Counted from the stretch's first letter, positions 9,490 through 19,344 are shown. The stretch: 57,497 nucleotides of DNA from an uncultured Acidobacteriota bacterium (GCA_913043225.1 CAJWLU010000021.1:1-57497); one strand, 5' to 3'. Translations and numbers: made by a program. Notes: generated from the sequence alone by a model not told the origin.

Positions 9490-10215
9490 ATGTCCCCCCT
9501 CGATATCGCCATCGTGATGCTCGTCAGCACTGTGGGGTTCACCCTCCAGGGTGCGGTAGGTTTCGGTATGGGTATTCTCGGCACCCCGATCCTGATTCTG
9601 CTCGACACCCGGTTGGTGCCTGGGCCGGTGCTGGCCTCGACGATGCTCTTCACTTTGGCTCTCGGATTGCGCGAACGGCGCGCCATCGATATCAGCGGGC
9701 TGCGCTGGGCCATGATCGGCCGGGTCGTGGGCACGGCGCCAGCCGCCTGGGTACTCGCGGCCCTGCCGGCCGACCAGCTGAGCCTCGTCTTCGGCCTGGT
9801 TGTCCTATTTGGGGTGTCGCTGAGCGTGTCCGGGCTTCGGGTGGATCCGCGGCCGCCGGCGCTGCTGGTGGGCGGCGTGCTTTCCGGTGTGATGGGCACG
9901 ATTGCTGCAGTAGGCGGGCCGCCGCTGGCATTGATCTACCAGCATGCCCCCGGAGCGCAGGTGCGGGGGACGCTCTCAGGGCTTTTCTTTTTCGGTACTA
10001 TCGTGTCGCTTGCGGCGCTCCTCATGGTGGGCCGGTTCGGATGGGCCGAGCTGCAGTTCACCCTGGCGATGTTGCCCGGAGCACTGTTCGGGTTCGTGGT
10101 GTCTCGCCGTCTGGCGACACGTCTTGACCGCGGCTACACGAGGGCTGGTGTGCTCGGCGTGGCGACCATCGCGGGAACGGTGGTCGTGGTGAGGTATTTC
10201 CTTGGTGGGGTCTAA
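9490..10215 (+). CDS. TauE/SafE (TSUP) family transporter
   Basis: LQGAVGFG, GGPP, about 8 hydrophobic segments. Confidence 0.88.
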   Translation: MSPLDIAIVMLVSTVGFTLQGAVGFGMGILGTPILILLDTRLVPGPVLASTMLFTLALGLRERRAIDISGLRWAMIGRVVGTAPAAWVLAALPADQLSLVFGLVVLFGVSLSVSGLRVDPRPPALLVGGVLSGVMGTIAAVGGPPLALIYQHAPGAQVRGTLSGLFFFGTIVSLAALLMVGRFGWAELQFTLAMLPGALFGFVVSRRLATRLDRGYTRAGVLGVATIAGTVVVVRYFLGGV

Positions 10216-10261
10216 TGTGAGCCGTACCCAGTGCCGAGACTACGGGCGGGTTGAAGCGTTC

Positions 10262-11011
10262 ATGACATTGTCGTTTCGGAGCGTGGCTGTCGTGTGGGGC
10301 CTGGGGGCCCTGATTGGGACGTTATGTGTGGCGTCAGCCGGGGCGCAGAGCCTACGGGGAAGCCGGACGTCACTCGACCGGCAGACACGCCAAGCGCACG
10401 GGCACGACTTCACCTATCTCGCGGGTCCGACCCAGCTCCGCCGTTTCGTTGACGCCGGTCTCCTAGTGCCGGTCGGCGACACGCGCGATTACCGCCTGGA
10501 GAAGGTCTCGTTCCCGGTGGCCCGTCCCGAGGTGAAGCTCTTCATCGAGCGGCTCGCGGCCCAGTATCGACGCGGGTGCGGAGAACAGTTGGTTGTGACC
10601 AGCCTGACCCGGCCACAATCGCATCAGCCGCGGAACGCTTCGGACCAGTCGGTGCACCCGACCGGCATGGCCATCGACCTGCGACGCCCGGCCGGTCGGT
10701 GCCGCAGCTGGCTTGAGGACACGTTACTTTCGCTCGAGGCGCAGGGCGTGCTGGAAGCGACGCACGAGCGGCGGCCGCCGCACTACCACGTCGCGGTGTT
10801 TCCCGAACCTTATGCCGAGCACGTCGAGCGGCTGACCACGCGTGGCGACCGTCCGTTCGTGCCCCGGGCCTACACGGTCCGCCAGGGCGATACGCTATGG
10901 GGCATCGCTTCGCGGCACGGCCTCTCGGCGGGAATGCTCAGGCGCGTCAACGAGCTGCGGTCGTCACGGATTTATCCGGGACAGTCGTTGACGGTGCCCG
11001 TTGCTCGGTGA
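10262..11011 (+). CDS. Secreted DUF5715-like Zn peptidase with C-terminal LysM domain
   Basis: Signal peptide; VTSLTR, SVHPTGMAID and HYH (LAS/M15-type Zn ligands); YTVRQGDTLWGIA...IYPGQSL LysM. Confidence 0.85.
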   Translation: MTLSFRSVAVVWGLGALIGTLCVASAGAQSLRGSRTSLDRQTRQAHGHDFTYLAGPTQLRRFVDAGLLVPVGDTRDYRLEKVSFPVARPEVKLFIERLAAQYRRGCGEQLVVTSLTRPQSHQPRNASDQSVHPTGMAIDLRRPAGRCRSWLEDTLLSLEAQGVLEATHERRPPHYHVAVFPEPYAEHVERLTTRGDRPFVPRAYTVRQGDTLWGIASRHGLSAGMLRRVNELRSSRIYPGQSLTVPVAR

Positions 11012-11114
11012 AATTCCTTGTGCGGCTTCCGTGCCTCGCTACAATAGAGCCTTGACAGTTTCTCGCGCTGGGCCGGATTTCCGGCTCGGTTCGAGCATAG
11101 CTATGGAGCATCGA

Positions 11115-11966
11115 ATGAAGTCAGTGGTCGGAGTGTGTGCGCTCGCCTTGGGGCTGTTCGTTCCCGCCTTGGGGACGGCCCAGGGGCTGCAGGATGAGAT
11201 TCCCCGCCTGGCCAACGGCAAGCCGGACATGAGCGGTATCTGGCAGACCAACAACGAGGCCAACTGGGACATCGAGCCGCATATCGCGCGCCACTCGGTT
11301 GAGATGCGTGAAGGGCCGGTCAACCCTGTGCCGTCGATCGCCACGCTCCGGATGGGCGCGGTTGCCTCGGTGCCAGGCAGCTTGGGCGTCATCGTTGGTG
11401 GCGGACGGATCCCGTATACGGATGAGGCACGAGCGCTCAAAGCAGAGAATATGGCGAATTGGCACGAGCGCGACCCCGAGGTGAAGTGCTTCATGCCTGG
11501 GGTGCCGCGGGCCACCTACATGCCGATGCCGTTCCAGATCGTGGCGAGCGAGAACGACTTCTTTATCGCCTACCAGTTCGCTGGCGCGGTGCGTGACATC
11601 TACATGGACAACCCGGGGCCCTCCCAGGTCGACTCCTGGATGGGGTGGTCGGTGGGGAGCTGGGACGGTGACACGCTCGTGGTGGATGTAAGCGGGCTGC
11701 TCGAGGGCACCTGGTTCGACCGGGCCGGCAGTCATCACAGTAACCAGCTGCACGTGGTTGAGCGCTACACGATGGTCAGCCCGAATCACATCGACTACGA
11801 GGCAACCATCGAGGACCCCGTGGTGCTGACCGAGCCGTTCACCATCAAGATGCCGATCTACCGACGCATTGAGGAGAGCGCGCGGCTCATGGACTTCCGC
11901 TGTGTCGAATTCGTCGAAGAGCTGATGTTTGGCGAGTGGCGGCGCAATCCGTTGCCACGCGACTGA
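11115..11966 (+). CDS. Uncharacterised secreted protein, PDxSG/WxGDTLVV family (paralog 1, divergent)
   Basis: RBS GGAG; signal peptide; GKPDMSGIW, KCFMPG, WDGDTLVV, VERY, DFRCVE. Confidence 0.85.
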   Translation: MKSVVGVCALALGLFVPALGTAQGLQDEIPRLANGKPDMSGIWQTNNEANWDIEPHIARHSVEMREGPVNPVPSIATLRMGAVASVPGSLGVIVGGGRIPYTDEARALKAENMANWHERDPEVKCFMPGVPRATYMPMPFQIVASENDFFIAYQFAGAVRDIYMDNPGPSQVDSWMGWSVGSWDGDTLVVDVSGLLEGTWFDRAGSHHSNQLHVVERYTMVSPNHIDYEATIEDPVVLTEPFTIKMPIYRRIEESARLMDFRCVEFVEELMFGEWRRNPLPRD

Positions 11967-11984
11967 TTGAGGGAGGTTGGAACG

Positions 11985-13109
11985 ATGCGAGGTCGAATCC
12001 CGTTCGCCGTCGGCGTGTTCGCTTTGGTATCGCTGCCCTTGGCTGTCCCGGTGGCCGCGCAGGGTGACGACATCCCCCGGACGTCGGCCGGCCGGCCAGA
12101 CCTATCTGGCACCTATGACGTCTCCACGCTGACTCCGTTGCAGCGTTCGCGCGATTATGGTGAGACGATGGCGCTCACGGACGAACAGGCCGCCGAGATC
12201 GCCGCCGCCGAGTTGCAGCGCAACATCGAGCGCCAGCGTGACAGCGACCCGAATCGTGGAGCGCCGCCCCAGGGCGGTGACGGATCGCGGGGCGCGGCTG
12301 GCAACGTCGGTGGCTACAACACGTTCTGGATCGACCGTGGCTCTAGCGCCTTCAAGGTTGACGGCGAGTGGCGCACGTCGATCCTGATCGATCCGCCCGA
12401 CGGCCGGTTCCCGTCGCCGAGTCCGGAGTTGGTGGCCGAGCGGCAGGCCCGGCGCGCAGCGCTGTCGGCCGGCGAGGCGCCCGTCATCCGGCGGCGTCAG
12501 AACGATGGTACAGCCTATTGGCTCGAAGCGGGTCTCGACGCGCCCGGGCCCTACGACAACATGGAGCAGCGGCCGTTCGCCGAGCGGTGCATGCTGTCGT
12601 TCAGCTCGACCGGCGGTCCGCCGATGCTGCCGGCGCTCTACAACAACCACAAACGCATCGTCCAGAGTGAGGACACCGTCCTGATTCTGATCGAGATGGT
12701 GCACGACGCCCGGGTGGTCCGGATGAACGCCGAGCATGATCCGCCTCACATCAAGAAGTGGTTGGGCGATTCGATCGGCTGGTGGGAGGAAGACACCCTG
12801 GTGGTGGAGACCACCAACTTCCGTGACACGCCGGCGTTCTCTCAGGGGTCCGAGAACATGAAGGTGACCGAGCGGTTCCGGCTTGAGAGCGCCGATTCGC
12901 TGGTCTATACCTTCACGGTCGAGGATCCGACCGTCTGGACCGCGCCGTTTACCGGCGAGTACTCATGGCCACGTACCGACAATAAGGTGTTCGAGTATGC
13001 CTGTCATGAGGCCAACTACTCGTTCGAGGGGATCATGAGGGGTGCGAGGCTGCTGGAGGCCGAGTTCAGAGGTGAGGAGCCGGAAGGGGTGGTCAATCCG
13101 ACTCGTTGA
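11985..13109 (+). CDS. Uncharacterised secreted protein, EYACHE family (paralog 2)
   Basis: RBS GGAGG; signal peptide; GRPDLSG, YNTFW, RTSILIDP, ERC, GPPM, EMVH, EYACHEAN. Confidence 0.88.
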   Translation: MRGRIPFAVGVFALVSLPLAVPVAAQGDDIPRTSAGRPDLSGTYDVSTLTPLQRSRDYGETMALTDEQAAEIAAAELQRNIERQRDSDPNRGAPPQGGDGSRGAAGNVGGYNTFWIDRGSSAFKVDGEWRTSILIDPPDGRFPSPSPELVAERQARRAALSAGEAPVIRRRQNDGTAYWLEAGLDAPGPYDNMEQRPFAERCMLSFSSTGGPPMLPALYNNHKRIVQSEDTVLILIEMVHDARVVRMNAEHDPPHIKKWLGDSIGWWEEDTLVVETTNFRDTPAFSQGSENMKVTERFRLESADSLVYTFTVEDPTVWTAPFTGEYSWPRTDNKVFEYACHEANYSFEGIMRGARLLEAEFRGEEPEGVVNPTR

Positions 13110-13173
13110 CCGCGGTCTCGTCAGAGGCTGATACACTGGTATGACTAGTTTCAATAACGGCAGGAGATACACG

Positions 13174-13626
13174 ATGCGCAGGCAGATTCGACTGACGTTC
13201 CGACTTGGCATGGCGGCGCTCGCCCTTGCTGCGTTGGTGGTGACGGCTGGCGTGCCGGCTAGTGCCCACCATGCGTTCGGCGCCGAGTTCGACCCCAACC
13301 GTCCCGTTGTGCTCCGTGGTCCGGTGGTGAAGGTCGAGTGGGTGAACCCGCACACCTGGATTCACATGGAAGTGACGGGTGAGGACGGGAGCACGCAGAC
13401 GTGGATGGTCGAAGGCGGCACTCCGAATACGCTGCTTCGCCGCGGGCTCAGCCGAGATACGATTCCGGTCGGCGCCATGATCGTGGTCGATGGCTATCAG
13501 AGCAAGGACCGAAGCGCGCGTGCCAATGGCCGTGACGTGACTTTTGAGGACGGGCGCAAGTTCTTCATGGGCTCCTCGGGTACCGGCGCCCCGCGCGACG
13601 GCCGCGACGTAACCGAGCCTGAGTAG
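13174..13626 (+). CDS. DUF6152 family secreted protein
   Basis: RBS AGGAG; signal peptide ending ASA then HHAFGAEFD; WVNPHTWI; WMVEGGTPNTLLRRG. Confidence 0.85.
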   Translation: MRRQIRLTFRLGMAALALAALVVTAGVPASAHHAFGAEFDPNRPVVLRGPVVKVEWVNPHTWIHMEVTGEDGSTQTWMVEGGTPNTLLRRGLSRDTIPVGAMIVVDGYQSKDRSARANGRDVTFEDGRKFFMGSSGTGAPRDGRDVTEPE

Positions 13627-13669
13627 ACGGCACTGGGGCCCGCACGGGTCTCTCCCACAGTAGCGTTGG

Positions 13670-13702
13670 GCGCCCGGGGCCACCGTCCCGGGCGCTTTTT
13701 TT
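13670..13702 (+). terminator. Intrinsic terminator
   Basis: GCGCCCGGG-loop-CCCGGGCGC followed by T7. Confidence 0.85.
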
Positions 13703-14618
13703 GTCTGCCGCCGTGTCTGCCGAACGTCCCTACCTGAGTTTGCCTGACGCCCTGCTGCTGCTTGTTGTCATCATCTGGGGCAGCAACTTCTCGGTCGTCA
13801 AGGTCGCTCTCGAGTCAATGCCCCCGCTGGGGTTCAGTGCCATTCGCTTGGTCATCGCGGCCACGGTTCTGCTGGTAGTGTCGCGTCGGGCGGGGTTCAG
13901 GATGCCGGCGGCCGCCGATTGGCGGCGCCTGCTGGCGCTTGGCCTCGCCGGTCACTGCGCTTATCAGCTGACGTTCGTCTCTGGACTGGCGCGCACCAGC
14001 GTCACCAACAGCTCGCTCATCGCCGGCTGTTTGCCAGTGACTGTGCTCCTGCTCAACGCCGCGAGCCGAGACCGCGAGCCGGTGGGCTGGTTGCAGTGGG
14101 TGGGTGTGGGTCTGGCGTTCATCGGCCTCTATCTGGTCGTGGGCGCCGGCGCCGAACTCTCGCTGGATAGTCTCGAGGGTGACTTACTGGTGATGGCGTC
14201 AGTATGGTGCTGGGGCTGGTATACCGTCGGATCCCGAGAACTGCTCGAACGCTACAGTCCCTTACAGGTCACCACCTGCACGATGCTGATCGGGACCCTG
14301 GGGTTTCTGCCCTTCGGCGTGCCGTCTCTGCTAGCGACTGACTGGACCGGCGTGGGCGTCTGGGCTTGGGTGGGGCTCGTCGCCTCAGGCGTGCTGGCGA
14401 TTTCGTTGGGCCACGTGCTCTGGTACGTGGGCGTCCAGCGACTGGGTGGCGCCCGTACGGCGCTCTATTCCAATCTAATTCCCGTGGTGGCAATCGGCGT
14501 CGCCGCCCTGACCCTGCGCGAGCCAATCGGGACCGCGAAGGTCGTGGGGGCCGCGCTAGTGCTGGTGGCTCTGGCCTTGACTCGGTCGGAGCGCCAGCCG
14601 GCGCCGCGCCAGAGCTAG
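13701..14618 (+). CDS. DMT/EamA family transporter (start may be GTG at 13713)
   Basis: IWGSNFSVVK, about 10 TM segments, two EamA repeats. Confidence 0.92.
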   Translation: MSAAVSAERPYLSLPDALLLLVVIIWGSNFSVVKVALESMPPLGFSAIRLVIAATVLLVVSRRAGFRMPAAADWRRLLALGLAGHCAYQLTFVSGLARTSVTNSSLIAGCLPVTVLLLNAASRDREPVGWLQWVGVGLAFIGLYLVVGAGAELSLDSLEGDLLVMASVWCWGWYTVGSRELLERYSPLQVTTCTMLIGTLGFLPFGVPSLLATDWTGVGVWAWVGLVASGVLAISLGHVLWYVGVQRLGGARTALYSNLIPVVAIGVAALTLREPIGTAKVVGAALVLVALALTRSERQPAPRQS

Positions 14619-14774
14619 ACGCCACGGTGGTGTGTCCCAGCACCCACACTACGGTCATCGCGACGGTTCGTTCTCGAGCTGATGTCTGGTTAGCCCAGGC
14701 TGAGCCAAAAGGTGTCGGTCGGTGCTACCATTACCTGATCGGTTCCATTCGAGATTGTCGAACGGGGGTAGAGG

Positions 14775-15764
14775 ATGCGTGGTCGATTCGGAGCAGGGAT
14801 GTGCGTACTGGGGCTCATCGGAGTGATGGCCACCTCGGCTCAGGCTCAGTCGGACGCGGTACAGCGGACGCCGCACGGCGATCCGGACATTTCTGGCATG
14901 TTCACGTTCCGCACCATCACACCGTTGGAGCGTCCGTCGCAGTTCGCCGACCAGGAAACGCTCGACGCGGAAACAGCCGCGGCGTTCGAGGCATCTGAGC
15001 GGACCAGGCAGAATCGCGACCTGTTCGACCCCGAGAGCGGGGCGCCGAGCGCCGGCTATCAGTCTCGCGCCGAGGGCGGCGTGCTGTCCTACAACGAGTT
15101 CTGGTACGAGCGGGGTATTGAGCTCACTAGTGACAAGCGGACTTCGCTGATTACCGATCCGGCCGAAGGCCGCTTGCCCTGGAAGGAAGAAGCACGGGAG
15201 GCCCGTGCGGTCCGCCGGCTCAACCTCCGGAACGGCTTCGCGGATCACTACACCGACCGCAGCCTGGCCGACCGCTGTTTACTGGGCTTCAATTCGGGAC
15301 CGCCGATGACGTCTGGCGCCTATAACAACAACGTGTTGATCGTGCAGACGCCGGGTTACGTCACCATCTTCAATGAGATGGTGCACAACGTTCGGATCAT
15401 CCCGCTGGACGGCAGTGAGCACGGAGGCGTTCGTCAGTGGGTGGGCGATTCCCGCGGGTACTGGGATGGTGACACTCTGGTGATCGAGACGATCAACTTC
15501 CGGGGCGAGACCGCGGCTCGAGGGTCGAGCGCGGACACGCACCTAATCGAGCGGTTCCGCCGTCTGGATCTGGACACGGTGGCCTACGAGTTTACGTTCA
15601 CGGACGAGAACAACTTCACCCGTCCCTGGACCGCCTTGATGCCGCTGCGGCGCACCGAGGGGCCGTTGTTCGAGTACGCCTGCCACGAGGGCAACATCGG
15701 GATGCACGGCATCATGGCCGGCGCCCGCCAGCTCAATACTCAGAAGGTCGAGAGCATCCGCTAG
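14775..15764 (+). CDS. Uncharacterised secreted protein, EYACHE family (paralog 3)
   Basis: Signal peptide; GDPDISG, TPLERP, YNEFW, RTSLITDP, DRC, GPPM, EMVH, WDGDTLVIET, EYACHEGN. Confidence 0.88.
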   Translation: MRGRFGAGMCVLGLIGVMATSAQAQSDAVQRTPHGDPDISGMFTFRTITPLERPSQFADQETLDAETAAAFEASERTRQNRDLFDPESGAPSAGYQSRAEGGVLSYNEFWYERGIELTSDKRTSLITDPAEGRLPWKEEAREARAVRRLNLRNGFADHYTDRSLADRCLLGFNSGPPMTSGAYNNNVLIVQTPGYVTIFNEMVHNVRIIPLDGSEHGGVRQWVGDSRGYWDGDTLVIETINFRGETAARGSSADTHLIERFRRLDLDTVAYEFTFTDENNFTRPWTALMPLRRTEGPLFEYACHEGNIGMHGIMAGARQLNTQKVESIR

Positions 15765-15830
15765 TTCCAGGGAGATGCCCCGGCTGCCGCTGGCAGCCGG
15801 GGCGCCCGCTTCCGAGAACGCTGGTCGTTC

Positions 15831-16994
15831 ATGGACTGGTCCTCTTTCTCGGATTTCCTTCGCGTCCGTTCGGACGAGCTGCTCACTACAGACTTTGACC
15901 AGATCCGATTCGGGGATATCGGTCTGTCCTATCTCCTCGCGCTGGCAGTCGCCGCCGTGATCGGGGTGACGTTGCTTAGGCTCTGGGCGACCAAGCGCCG
16001 CCATTCGCGCGAGCACTCCGGGCACCAGATCGCACCACGGCACCAGCGCGGGATTTGGGGCAAGACGTTCTACAACCTGCCGAAGGTGCTGCTCGGGCTG
16101 TCACTGGCGACCTTGCTCGTGGCGATGGCCGACCCCTACCTGACTGCCACCGAGGAGGTGTCCGGTGACATGGAGTCCCGGGTCCGGATCGACTTGGTCG
16201 ACACGTCGCTTTCGATGGCCTGGGAACTGCCTGGCACGGGACGGTCTCGGGCGGAGGTGGCCCGCCAGGCTCACCTCCAGTTCCTAGAGATGCGTCAGGA
16301 CAAGAACGACCGGGTCTCGTTGTGGCTGTTCTCGTCCTATCCGTACATGGTCGATGACTTTGTCATCGACGACGAGCTGTATTTCTTTCAGGTGATGGAC
16401 GCCCCGTTTGCCATCGTGCGGATTCTGGCCGCGCAGTCGGGTACCCCCATCGACCAGCAGTTCGTGCCGGACGACAAGGTGCGGATCATTGAAAGCGAGG
16501 GCAACACCAACATCGTGCGCGCGCTGCAGTCGGTGTTGCGTCACTTCGACCAGGACGCGGCGGTGATTGCCAATGGAACGCTCCCGGCGCGGGCCCTGCT
16601 CATAGTGACCGACGCCGATGTCGACGAGATTCCCGAGGCTGAATTCATCGAATTGAACAAGCGGAATATCGTGCCCTACATGATCTTCATCAATGCCCAG
16701 GAGCCGGCGTCGGCCACGGCTCGGTCTGGCCTGTCTCAGCAGGTAGGCAATAGCCAGGCGTTGATCGAGATGATTCGGGCCTTCGGGGGCGACTATTTCG
16801 ACGTGACCGACGCCGACAGCCTGGCTCGCGCCTACGAGGCAATCGACGAAGCCGAGACCGTGTCGGTGGAGCTTTCACACCGCGCGGTTCGGGTGCCGAT
16901 CTATGGCCGGTTCCTGTTGATCAGCATGGCCTTGCTCATGGTGGGGATCCCGGCAGGTTTCGTGGCCGAGCTGATGTGGGGGACACACCCGTAG
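15831..16994 (+). CDS. Membrane-anchored VWA-domain protein (BatA/MxaC-like)
   Basis: Two N-terminal TM segments, MIDAS DTSLS, GNTNI, IVTDAD, C-terminal TM. Confidence 0.8.
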   Translation: MDWSSFSDFLRVRSDELLTTDFDQIRFGDIGLSYLLALAVAAVIGVTLLRLWATKRRHSREHSGHQIAPRHQRGIWGKTFYNLPKVLLGLSLATLLVAMADPYLTATEEVSGDMESRVRIDLVDTSLSMAWELPGTGRSRAEVARQAHLQFLEMRQDKNDRVSLWLFSSYPYMVDDFVIDDELYFFQVMDAPFAIVRILAAQSGTPIDQQFVPDDKVRIIESEGNTNIVRALQSVLRHFDQDAAVIANGTLPARALLIVTDADVDEIPEAEFIELNKRNIVPYMIFINAQEPASATARSGLSQQVGNSQALIEMIRAFGGDYFDVTDADSLARAYEAIDEAETVSVELSHRAVRVPIYGRFLLISMALLMVGIPAGFVAELMWGTHP

Positions 16995-17109
16995 GGGCGC
17001 GGGCGACTTCCCTTCACACCCGGCTTCAGGACGGTGCTCGGGTGTGTTTAGGCGTGAGGGCGAGACACGCGCCAGCCATAGCTCGAATTGAGCGCTTGTA
17101 GCCCTCGTG

Positions 17110-17142
17110 AAGCGGCGGGCCGGAAGCACCGACCCGCCGCTT
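17110..17142. terminator. Hairpin between convergent genes, probable terminator
   Basis: AAGCGGCGGG...CCCGCCGCTT inverted repeat. Confidence 0.65.
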
Positions 17143-17147
17143 ATTCC

Positions 17148-17852
17148 TTACTGTCCGCTTGCCTTCGGCATTTCGAACTGGGCTTCGTGCTGCATCAAAA
17201 CGTTCTTGATGGTCTTGGCCCAGATCATGTTGCCCTTATCGTTCAGGTGCAGGCCGTCATCCACGAAGACGTCGTCCATCACCGTGCCGTCCGCATTGAG
17301 GAACGGGGTGGCGACGTCGATGAAGAACAGCCGCTCGTCGCTGGCGGCAATCTTCTTGTAGAGCGCGGTGGTCTCCTGGGCCTTGTCCCAGGCGTTGACG
17401 CGGGCCAGGCTCGGCTTCACCGACAGGAGGTAGACGCGGGTGTCTGGCGACGCGGCGTGGATCTTGGCGACGACCTGCTTGGCCTGTCCAGCGATCGTCA
17501 TCGGGTCGACGCCGTAGAAGGTATCGTTGTCGCCCTCGTAGATGACGACGGCCCGTGGGGCATATGGTTTCACCAGCCGGTCGACATAGTGCAGCACGTC
17601 GGCCATCGTGCTCCCGCCGAACCCGCGCGGTACCACGGTCAGCGGTTCGAGGTCGGCTTCCATCGTTCTCCACCTGGCGAAGCTCGAGCTGCCGGTCAGC
17701 ACGATGGCGCCCTGCGGGCGGTTGGGCGCGTCGGCATCGAACGCGTCGATGTCCTGGGCCCAGCGTGACGGGTCGCTCTGTGCGCTTGCCGATGGGACAA
17801 GACCGACGAATAGCAGCGCGACGGTGAGCAAAGCTGCGGTGCGGAGCTTCAT
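17148..17852 (-). CDS. Secreted SGNH/GDSL hydrolase
   Basis: RBS GGAGG; signal peptide; GSSS, RGFGGS, YEGDND, DGLH blocks. Confidence 0.92.
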   Translation of the reverse strand: MKLRTAALLTVALLFVGLVPSASAQSDPSRWAQDIDAFDADAPNRPQGAIVLTGSSSFARWRTMEADLEPLTVVPRGFGGSTMADVLHYVDRLVKPYAPRAVVIYEGDNDTFYGVDPMTIAGQAKQVVAKIHAASPDTRVYLLSVKPSLARVNAWDKAQETTALYKKIAASDERLFFIDVATPFLNADGTVMDDVFVDDGLHLNDKGNMIWAKTIKNVLMQHEAQFEMPKASGQ

Positions 17853-17931
17853 GTTGTTCCTCCAGGGTCCCCGAAGACCGGTATTGAGTCGATATTCCAT
17901 TATAGGCACGAAGGCGGTGTCTGACCCGCCG

Positions 17932-19338
17932 CTAGTAGTCTTCCGCAGCAAGGGAGTAGCGGACGACCTCCTCGTCATTGCGTACGATGATGTGCTTGTT
18001 GGCGTAGGCCGGGTGCGCCCATACGACCAGCCGGTCGCTGTAGCCGTGACGGGCGCGCCGCGCGGTGCCGACCCGTGAACCGCCATAGCCCGAGTTCGAT
18101 GTTGGGGCGATCAGGTGGATGCGGTCGTACTCGACGAACCCGTCCGGGTTGAACTGCACGATCATCAGCTCGCCGTTCTCGTTATAGACGAAGTAGCGAT
18201 CTTCATGCTGCACGAAGTAGGCCGTGCCCCATCGCTCACGATTGGTCAGGCCATCGGCTTCCCAGACCCGCTCGCCTGATTCGGCGAGGAGTCCCCGCAC
18301 CTGTCCATGGCTGCCGATGCCGTAGATATAGTCTCCGACCACCAACGGCGTGGTCATGATGGTGTGGAGACCGCCTTCCTCCGCGATCTCGACCCCGTCG
18401 TCGTCGAGGACACGGCTACTGGAGCCTTTCCAGAGGGGGATGGCCCCGGGGCGATCGAGATCGAGGCGCATCATCATTGAGCCGCTGTAGAAGCCGGACA
18501 CGAACAGATATGACCCGCTCCGTACCGCGTCGGCGATGGTCAGGTTGGCGCGTCCTTCGAACGGCTCTTCCCAGTAGAGCTCGCCCGTTTGCGGGTCGAG
18601 CGCGGCTAGGCCGCGCGGGTGCCAGACGATCAGCTGGCGAACACCGCCCGCCTCGATGATGTTTGGCTGGTGGTAGCCCATCTCGGTCCGGCTCTCGATG
18701 GCGCGCCAGACCTCCTGACCGGTCCGTTTGTCGAACGCCATCACCAGACCGTCTGGTTCACCGCCCACCACGAAGATGGCGAGGTCGCCATCCACGAGAG
18801 CGGCGCTCGATGTGCCCCAGATCGGGATGTTGGTGTCGTACTCGGCGACGGTGTCTTTCTCCCAGATGACGGCGCCGGTTTCCACGTCGAAGCAGAAGAT
18901 GCGGCCGGTCGAGCCGGTGATGTAGACGCGATCGCCATCGACTGTGGGCGTCGCCCGCGGCCCAGTGGCGTAGGTGAACATCAACATCCGATAGGTGGTG
19001 GCCCACTCGTGGCGCCAGAGCTCTTGGCCAGTTTCTTCGTCGAGCACTAGCAGCCGCTCGGTGCCGTCCATGGTCCGCGGTTCGGTCTCGACGTAGTCCA
19101 AGACGAAGACGCGCCCGTCGGCGACGGCTGGGCCGGAGTAGCCAGCCCGCACCGGGACTCGCCAGGTCTCCTTAAGTCCGTTTTCGGGGAACTGCTCGAG
19201 GATGCCGGTCTCGGTCCACAGACCAAGCCGCTCTTCTCCCCGCCACTGCGGCCAATCCTTGGCAGAGATCAAGTCACCCGCTGTAACCGCAAGCAGCGAC
19301 GTGGCCACGATGACGCCGACGAGGTGCCGTGGTCGCAT
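17932..19338 (-). CDS. Secreted PQQ-binding-like (BamB-like) beta-propeller
   Basis: DWPQWRG, GYSGPAVADGRV, GPRATP, repeated D..TG..IW blades. Confidence 0.88.
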   Translation of the reverse strand: MRPRHLVGVIVATSLLAVTAGDLISAKDWPQWRGEERLGLWTETGILEQFPENGLKETWRVPVRAGYSGPAVADGRVFVLDYVETEPRTMDGTERLLVLDEETGQELWRHEWATTYRMLMFTYATGPRATPTVDGDRVYITGSTGRIFCFDVETGAVIWEKDTVAEYDTNIPIWGTSSAALVDGDLAIFVVGGEPDGLVMAFDKRTGQEVWRAIESRTEMGYHQPNIIEAGGVRQLIVWHPRGLAALDPQTGELYWEEPFEGRANLTIADAVRSGSYLFVSGFYSGSMMMRLDLDRPGAIPLWKGSSSRVLDDDGVEIAEEGGLHTIMTTPLVVGDYIYGIGSHGQVRGLLAESGERVWEADGLTNRERWGTAYFVQHEDRYFVYNENGELMIVQFNPDGFVEYDRIHLIAPTSNSGYGGSRVGTARRARHGYSDRLVVWAHPAYANKHIIVRNDEEVVRYSLAAEDY

Positions 19339-19344
19339 GATGTT

